From: an uncultured Planctomycetales bacterium
Lineage (GTDB): Bacteria > Planctomycetota > Phycisphaerae > UBA1845 > Fen-1342
NCBI GenBank assembly: GCA_964528455.1
Contig: CAZGTH010000013.1
Coordinates: 85,805-149,804, forward strand
Reading direction: 5' to 3'
Length of the DNA: 64,000 nt
The notes under the pieces were generated by a model. The model saw nothing but the letters and a program-made list of their open reading frames with translations, did not search any database and had not been told where the DNA came from. This document shows positions 58,991-64,000 of the stretch, one piece after another; position 1 is the stretch's first letter; the number at the start of each line of letters is the position of its first letter. Position numbers and translations under genes: made by a program.

Positions 58991-59440
58991 ATGCGCCCAA
59001 CCATGCGCATCCGACGCAAACCCGGCCTCGATGACCTGCCGTTACCGCGTTACATGACCGACCACGCCGCCGGCATGGATTTATACTCGGCCAACGACAC
59101 GCCGGTGGAGATCGCGCCGGGCGAGATTCGCGTGATCCCGACCGGGCTTTTCGTCGAGATTCCCGTCGGCTTCGAGGGCCAGGTGCGGGCCCGCAGCGGG
59201 CTGGCCCGCGATCTGGGGCTGATGCTCCCCAATGCGCCCGGCACGATCGACGCCGACTATCGCGGCGAGTTGCAGGTGATCGTCGGAAACGTCTCGAAGA
59301 AGCCCTTTTCGATCGAACGCGGCACGCGATTCGCCCAACTGGTGATCTGCCCGATCCAGCAGGTGGAAGTGGTCGAAGTCGAGGCGTTGACCGAGACGAC
59401 CCGCGGCGCCGGCGGTTTCGGCCATACGGGCCGCGGCTGA
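58991..59440 (+). CDS. dut: dUTP diphosphatase
   Basis: Motifs AAGMDLYS, RSGLA, and GTIDADYRGEL are visible. Confidence 0.85.
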   Translation: MRPTMRIRRKPGLDDLPLPRYMTDHAAGMDLYSANDTPVEIAPGEIRVIPTGLFVEIPVGFEGQVRARSGLARDLGLMLPNAPGTIDADYRGELQVIVGNVSKKPFSIERGTRFAQLVICPIQQVEVVEVEALTETTRGAGGFGHTGRG

Positions 59441-59514
59441 CGCCTGATCGCTTGCGGTTCCGATGCGGTCGCTATAGCGTTCCCGCGTACAGACGCCGGT
59501 GAAGGAGAAGCGAA

Positions 59515-59910
59515 ATGGACGATGTGACCGAATTCAAGCGGCTGCCGACCGATCCGGTCGAGTGGGAAGGCGACGAGCCGATCTGCCCGTGCACGCAGAC
59601 TTTGCGCCGCGTGTTGTTCGGACCGGCCATCGCGCTCGGCGCCGCCGCGATCATGATCGCGATTTCACCGCTGCAGTCGCCGATTGTGTCAGGAATCATC
59701 CTGGTTGTCCTGCTCCCGGCGGTTCCCGTGGCGGTCGTGTTCAGCGCCGTTTACACGATCACCCATACGCGCGATGTCGCGGCGATCTACCCCGGCGGCG
59801 AAAACAGCAACCCGATGGCCCTGGCGGCTGTGACGCTCTTGTGTCAGATTCTCGTGATCGGGCTGGGATTGGCGATGGCACTGCGGGCCGCGCCGATACC
59901 GGGGGCCTGA
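59515..59910 (+). CDS. Hypothetical small membrane protein
   Basis: PICPC is followed by 3 TM helices. Confidence 0.4.
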   Translation: MDDVTEFKRLPTDPVEWEGDEPICPCTQTLRRVLFGPAIALGAAAIMIAISPLQSPIVSGIILVVLLPAVPVAVVFSAVYTITHTRDVAAIYPGGENSNPMALAAVTLLCQILVIGLGLAMALRAAPIPGA

Positions 59911-60029
59911 GGCACGTTTTGCGCGGCCGACCGATGCGCGGCTGAATCCATCCTCGGTTGACGATAAGATCGCAAAGCCGCATGCCTGAAACCGCCCAAA
60001 CACAACTGGATCCGATCGAAGAAGCGCGA

Positions 60030-61004
60030 ATGACGATCGGCGAGCATCTCGACGAGCTGCGCGTGGTGGTTGTGCGCGCCGCGTCGGCCGTGTTCGTCGC
60101 CTTTCTCCTTTGCCTGTGGCCGGCGCAGTACGCGCTGGCGCTGGTCGCGCGACCGGTGCTGGTCGCCCTGAAAGCCCACCACCAGCCCACGACATTCCTG
60201 TCGACCGGCCCGCTGGAAGGCGTTGTGATTTACCTGAAGATGGTGCTGGTGATGGCGCTGATTATCGCCGGGCCATATGTGATCTATCAGCTGTGGCACT
60301 TTGTCGCCCAGGGACTGCACGCCAACGAAAGGCAATGGGTCTACAAAATCGTGCCCTTCAGCATCGGGCTGTTCCTGCTCGGCGTGGCGTTCATGTACTT
60401 TTTCGTGCTGGTGATCAGCCTGCACTTCCTGATCGGGTTTACGACCTGGTTTCCGGCCCCCAATATTGAGGCGAATTTTCTGGAGCGGATGGTGATCGGC
60501 GCCGATGCGGAACCCACGCCGGACCCCGCCACCGAGGCGGTGTTTTCCGAGATGCGCGCGCCAATCGTCGCGCAGGATCCCGTGAATCCCGCTGACGGCG
60601 ACTTGTGGATCAATCGGGAATCGCGGGAAATCAAGACACGTCTCGAGGGCAAGACCTACGTCATCGACATGCGCCCGGTCGAGGGCGGATCGATGATGCT
60701 GACGCATTTTCGCTTCGGCGAGTACATCTCGTTTTTGCTGATGATGCTGATCGCGTTCGGCCTGGCGTTCCAGTCGCCGCTGGTGGTGATGTTCCTGACA
60801 ATGTCCGGCATCGTGCCATTGGCGTCGATGCGCCGCTCACGGCGATTGATCGTGCTGGTGATCGTGATCGTCGCGGCGTTTCTCTCGCCGGCGGATCTGA
60901 TCAGCCATGTGCTGCTATCGACGTGCATGATCCTGTTGTTCGAACTGGGGATGTTCCTTTCCGCGCGCTATGAGCGCCGCAAACAGGACGCGGCCGCGGC
61001 CTAA
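60030..61004 (+). CDS. tatC: Sec-independent protein translocase TatC, with an insertion of about 75 aa in the TM4-TM5 loop
   Basis: The TatC blocks HLDELR, PYVIYQLWHFVAQGL, and FGLAFQSPLVV are visible. The start is chosen at MTIGEHL. Confidence 0.8.
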   Translation: MTIGEHLDELRVVVVRAASAVFVAFLLCLWPAQYALALVARPVLVALKAHHQPTTFLSTGPLEGVVIYLKMVLVMALIIAGPYVIYQLWHFVAQGLHANERQWVYKIVPFSIGLFLLGVAFMYFFVLVISLHFLIGFTTWFPAPNIEANFLERMVIGADAEPTPDPATEAVFSEMRAPIVAQDPVNPADGDLWINRESREIKTRLEGKTYVIDMRPVEGGSMMLTHFRFGEYISFLLMMLIAFGLAFQSPLVVMFLTMSGIVPLASMRRSRRLIVLVIVIVAAFLSPADLISHVLLSTCMILLFELGMFLSARYERRKQDAAAA

Positions 61005-61099
61005 GCGCCGGGCGCGAAGGCCGGGGGCAGGTACATGCTGCCCACCAGCCGCGCCGCGTTCATTGGCGGGCAGGATGCCTGCCCTACCCACTGTCGCCG

Positions 61100-61594
61100 C
61101 TAAAACAGCGCGTTGATCTGCGAGCCGCTCTCCTCGCGCGTGTTGTCGCTCGTGCGGCAATCGTCGTTGTTCGGGTTTCCATCCAGCGTGATGTCCGGGT
61201 CGTAGCTGATCGTCACCCGATACGTCGGCGGGAACTCGCCTTCGGCCGGCGACGACGCGTCCCACGCTCGCGTAAAGCTGATCGAAGTGCTCTCGCCGGC
61301 GGACAGATCGGTAAATTCGCCGCTCGCGACCTCGATGCCGTCCTGCAGCAATCGGATTGACTGCTGGCCCGCGCTGGAGTCGAAGTCCTGCAGGCCGATG
61401 TTCTGGACGGTGCCGGTGACACGGACCACGCCTGTGAACTCGCCGGTGCGGGACACCACCGAGAATGTAATGTCCGTCGCCGCCGGGTTCGGGCAATCGA
61501 GCTGTTCGACCAACTGATCAAACAGCGGGCAGCCCATGCCCATCGTCATCGCCGCCAGCCCCGCCACCGCCACCAGTGTGATTCGCCGTTTCAT
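61100..61594 (-). CDS. Hypothetical lipoprotein
   Basis: The start is chosen at MKRRITL with the lipobox MGMGC. Confidence 0.45.
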   Translation of the reverse strand: MKRRITLVAVAGLAAMTMGMGCPLFDQLVEQLDCPNPAATDITFSVVSRTGEFTGVVRVTGTVQNIGLQDFDSSAGQQSIRLLQDGIEVASGEFTDLSAGESTSISFTRAWDASSPAEGEFPPTYRVTISYDPDITLDGNPNNDDCRTSDNTREESGSQINALF

Positions 61595-61784
61595 GCGTAG
61601 CCTCCTTGCCAAAACCCGCCTTGTTCCGGCCGCGCCGGGTCCGTCAAGGCTTGGTGTTATCCACTCTACGCGCGTCGGACCGCCGGTCAACACCCCCCGC
61701 CGTCCACGAAACCGATTGCGGGCGCATGAAAAAGCCGCCCGGCGACCATTCGCCCGAGCGGCTGAAATCACCCATTGACGCGGC

Positions 61785-62030
61785 CTATGCCTCGGCGGGA
61801 ATCACCGAGACCAGCCGACCGCGAAACTCGACCGTGCCCTCGGTCAGCGCGAACAAGGTGTCGTCCCGGCCGCGGGCGACATTCCGCCCCGGCTTGAACG
61901 GCGTGCCCACCTGACGGACGATAATCGCCCCGGTCTTGGCGGCTTGGCCGCCGAACAGCTTCACGCCGCGATACTGCGGGTTGCTGTCGCGCCCGTTGCG
62001 AGTAGAACCCTGACCCTTCTTATGTGCCAT
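61785..62030 (-). CDS. rpmA: 50S ribosomal protein L27
   Basis: The sequence [24 protein letters not shown] is characteristic of L27. Confidence 0.9.
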   Translation of the reverse strand: MAHKKGQGSTRNGRDSNPQYRGVKLFGGQAAKTGAIIVRQVGTPFKPGRNVARGRDDTLFALTEGTVEFRGRLVSVIPAEA

Positions 62031-62114
62031 GACTCACATCCCTGAAAAACGGCCATTTCGGGCGCCGAGCGCCGCTGAACGAACTCCGGAGGATATCAGG
62101 CCGGGACAGCGGGG

Positions 62115-62474
62115 TCAATGCGGCCAGGCCGATGGTAGTGGGTCACCCACTACCGGGCGAAGGCCTCCGGGGCATTCCGGCCCATGGGCCATTGTGGCCA
62201 ACATGCACGACCGTCGAAATCCGACCCCCTGCTCGTCACCTGCCTCTGGCTGCGGGCTGCTTTGTCGGACTTGCAGGGCGATCACGTCGCCGCCGCCCGT
62301 GCGTTCCTCGATCACGCGCCAGCCGGCGTAGAAGTACCGCTCCTCGCGGTCGCCGGCCTGCACGCCTTCGTCATCGATCTGCAAATCCATCACGATGCCA
62401 GTTCCCCAGTTCGTCACGGTCTTGCGAATCCGGCGGTTCAGGCCGTCGTTCTCGAACTCCTCGATCGGCGCCAT
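62115..62474 (-). CDS. Hypothetical protein (weak call)
   Basis: The ORF is open. A protein-like segment reads YFYAGWRVIEERTGGGDVIALQV. Confidence 0.25.
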   Translation of the reverse strand: MAPIEEFENDGLNRRIRKTVTNWGTGIVMDLQIDDEGVQAGDREERYFYAGWRVIEERTGGGDVIALQVRQSSPQPEAGDEQGVGFRRSCMLATMAHGPECPGGLRPVVGDPLPSAWPH

Positions 62475-62524
62475 CGGCGCGTCCGCATCCGGTAGCGACT
62501 CAATCGCCGCCAACGATAGCCCGG

Positions 62525-63643
62525 CTAAGAGGTCGACGCCCGAAGTATCCACATCAGTCGGGTTGCAAGGACCCAGATGTTTGACGAGTCTGCACCAGCT
62601 CTGTTGATATGTGCAAGTAGGCGATGGCACTCCAAGCAGCTTTCTCGATATTCGAACGCACTCTCGCCGATCTCATAATCATCATGAGTAGGCTCCGGAG
62701 TCTCAAACAACGGCGCGACCAAATATGCCAGTGCCTGATGCGTGACGGGACCACGCGCAAGGGCGTCGTCCATGACTTTGCTGAAGTAGCTAGCCTCGCT
62801 GATGTCGCGCATCCAGGCAAAGGCAGCCCGCTCAAGTATCTGCTCAACAGGCACGCGAAAGAGAGTTAGGGCGAACACGACCTCGCGCCTGACGGTTCGG
62901 TCGGGATGATTGATCTGGTCTGATATTAGCTCAAGGGTACTGGTGTCGGCGATCGAGGCTAGGTCGCCGTACTTTGCAAGCGAGACGATCCCCTCTGACA
63001 GGTCAGCCATCACAACCGGTTGTTTCATTGAGAGCAAATGTCCGGCCAGCCAAGCCTCAAGTTGCGCGCTCCTTTCAGGAGTCCAGTTCGAGGGGGGATG
63101 GTTTGCGTCTTCCCGAAAGTACGTGCGCCATAGAAGAATCGCCGCCAAGTGGTAGGTGTCAACCGCTCGTTGGGTCTCAGGCCATCTGGACGAGCGTAAA
63201 ACACGGGAAAGGAGGAAGCCCGATAGTAACACTCTATCAAGGTATCGGTCCGACGCTGGCTCCAAGCTGACGAGGTGTGTGACCAGAAAGTCAACAGTGC
63301 TGCAAGTAAGTTGACTGGGCGACGTTATACAACTGGCACAGAATTCGAGGAGGTCGGATGTAGGCTCGGGCGATCGCGACCAAAGATCGGCCGCTTTATT
63401 GGCAAGTTGATTGTCGCCATCAGCGAAGGCGCGAACTACGGCTTCTCGGACTGCGGGTCGCGGAATGTCCAGCAGAGCTAACATTGCCTCTCGATCCGCA
63501 GGGTCGCTTGTGCCGTCAATTCGACGATTCAAGCCTCGAATCAGATCGATCAGTGCTTGCGGCGACTCTCGGTGGCGGTTCAATTCGCTTGCCAAACTAC
63601 TCACGCTCACTCCTTTTTCTATGGGAACAAGAAATCGTAGCAC
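62525..63643 (-). CDS. Hypothetical HEAT-repeat-like protein in a low-GC patch
   Basis: The 372-aa protein has HEAT-like units (PAVREAVVRAFADGDN, HPDRTVRREVVFALTLF). Local GC is about 50%. Confidence 0.45.
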   Translation of the reverse strand: MLRFLVPIEKGVSVSSLASELNRHRESPQALIDLIRGLNRRIDGTSDPADREAMLALLDIPRPAVREAVVRAFADGDNQLANKAADLWSRSPEPTSDLLEFCASCITSPSQLTCSTVDFLVTHLVSLEPASDRYLDRVLLSGFLLSRVLRSSRWPETQRAVDTYHLAAILLWRTYFREDANHPPSNWTPERSAQLEAWLAGHLLSMKQPVVMADLSEGIVSLAKYGDLASIADTSTLELISDQINHPDRTVRREVVFALTLFRVPVEQILERAAFAWMRDISEASYFSKVMDDALARGPVTHQALAYLVAPLFETPEPTHDDYEIGESAFEYRESCLECHRLLAHINRAGADSSNIWVLATRLMWILRASTS

Positions 63644-63711
63644 CTAAAAATCGAGAAGTCGGGGTCGATAGCCCTCAACTCCCCAATAACCTCATCGATT
63701 TGCGACTGTGC

Positions 63712-63764
63712 GGTCGGGTGCCATGCTTTCGCCGCAGGCGTAAGCATGTTTGGCGCGGGATCGT
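63712..63764. repeat. 50-bp direct repeat, copy 1 (contains the CATGCTT..AAGCATG hairpin)
   Basis: GGTCGGGTGCCATGCTTTCGCCGCAGGCGTAAGCATGTTTGGCGCGGGATCGT recurs at 63948. Confidence 0.55.
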
Positions 63765-63947
63765 TCGCATGCGAATCTCCTGTGAGTTCACGCATTCTAA
63801 CTCCACACGCTCCAAAAGCGCCAATGTGTCGGTGGCGAGGGTATCGACGCCACGTCCGGCCGCAGTGGGCCCTCCCGGACGCCCGCGAAAAACGCCGCAC
63901 TCGACCATTGATAGTCATTCGGATGCGCGACAAGGCCGCGACGGACC

Positions 63948-64000
63948 GGTCGGGTGGCATGCTTTCGCCGCAGGCGTAAGCATGTTTGGCGCGGGATCGT
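63948..64000. repeat. 50-bp direct repeat, copy 2 (truncated by the window end)
   Basis: It is identical to copy 1 except for one mismatch (G for C at the 10th base). Confidence 0.55.

Noticed and set aside
62132-62584. A plus-strand 150-aa ORF upstream of rpmA.
   Set aside because: Its composition is Arg/Pro/Ser-rich and low-complexity. I kept the minus-strand reading as a weak call instead.
63712-64000. Possible CRISPR array from the two 50-bp repeats.
   Set aside because: There are only two copies. The 236-bp spacing is far beyond spacer size. No cas genes are present. I treated them as direct repeats or iterons instead.

Overview
This is a 64 kb, high-GC (about 67%) chromosomal window with roughly 55 protein-coding genes and several GC-driven antisense ORFs. 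I recognised no rRNA, tRNA, CRISPR array, transposase or integrase. Gene content suggests a Planctomycetota-like host, but that is inference only. The content supporting it is an ECF sigma factor overlapping a Ser/Thr kinase, a Cys-type arylsulfatase with two FGE maturases, lipoprotein and PEP-CTERM signals, and Cys-rich dockerin-like tails. The left third (1-23.5 kb) is an accessory 'secretome' block: the ECF-sigma/kinase pair, four secreted lipase/esterase-family proteins, an extracellular solute-binding protein, a FadL-like (PF13557) outer-membrane barrel, an OprB-like porin, a Tyr/Gly tandem-repeat secreted protein, and a sulfatase operon flanked by two FGE paralogs. The middle (24-45 kb) is core metabolism and translation: icd, rpoN, gatA-pyk-gap-pgk-rpe-accD, infC-thrS, a CNNM transporter and a PLP-dependent decarboxylase. 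The right part (45-64 kb) carries dockerin-tailed secreted proteins, two PEP-CTERM proteins, infA, NfeD-flotillin, dut, tatC and rpmA. Things that stand out are three low-GC patches: a HEPN-like/BolA-like islet at 23.46-24.24 kb, an orphan gene at 27.97-28.95 kb bounded by REP-like palindromes, and the window edge at 62.5-64 kb with 50-bp direct repeats. Also notable are two families of REP-like palindromic elements that each flank a single gene, a tandem Cys-containing dockerin-like C-terminal module shared by three unrelated secreted proteins, and a permease translationally coupled to an eIF-2B-family isomerase-like gene. All coordinates come from manual reading of the six-frame track, and gene starts are approximate.
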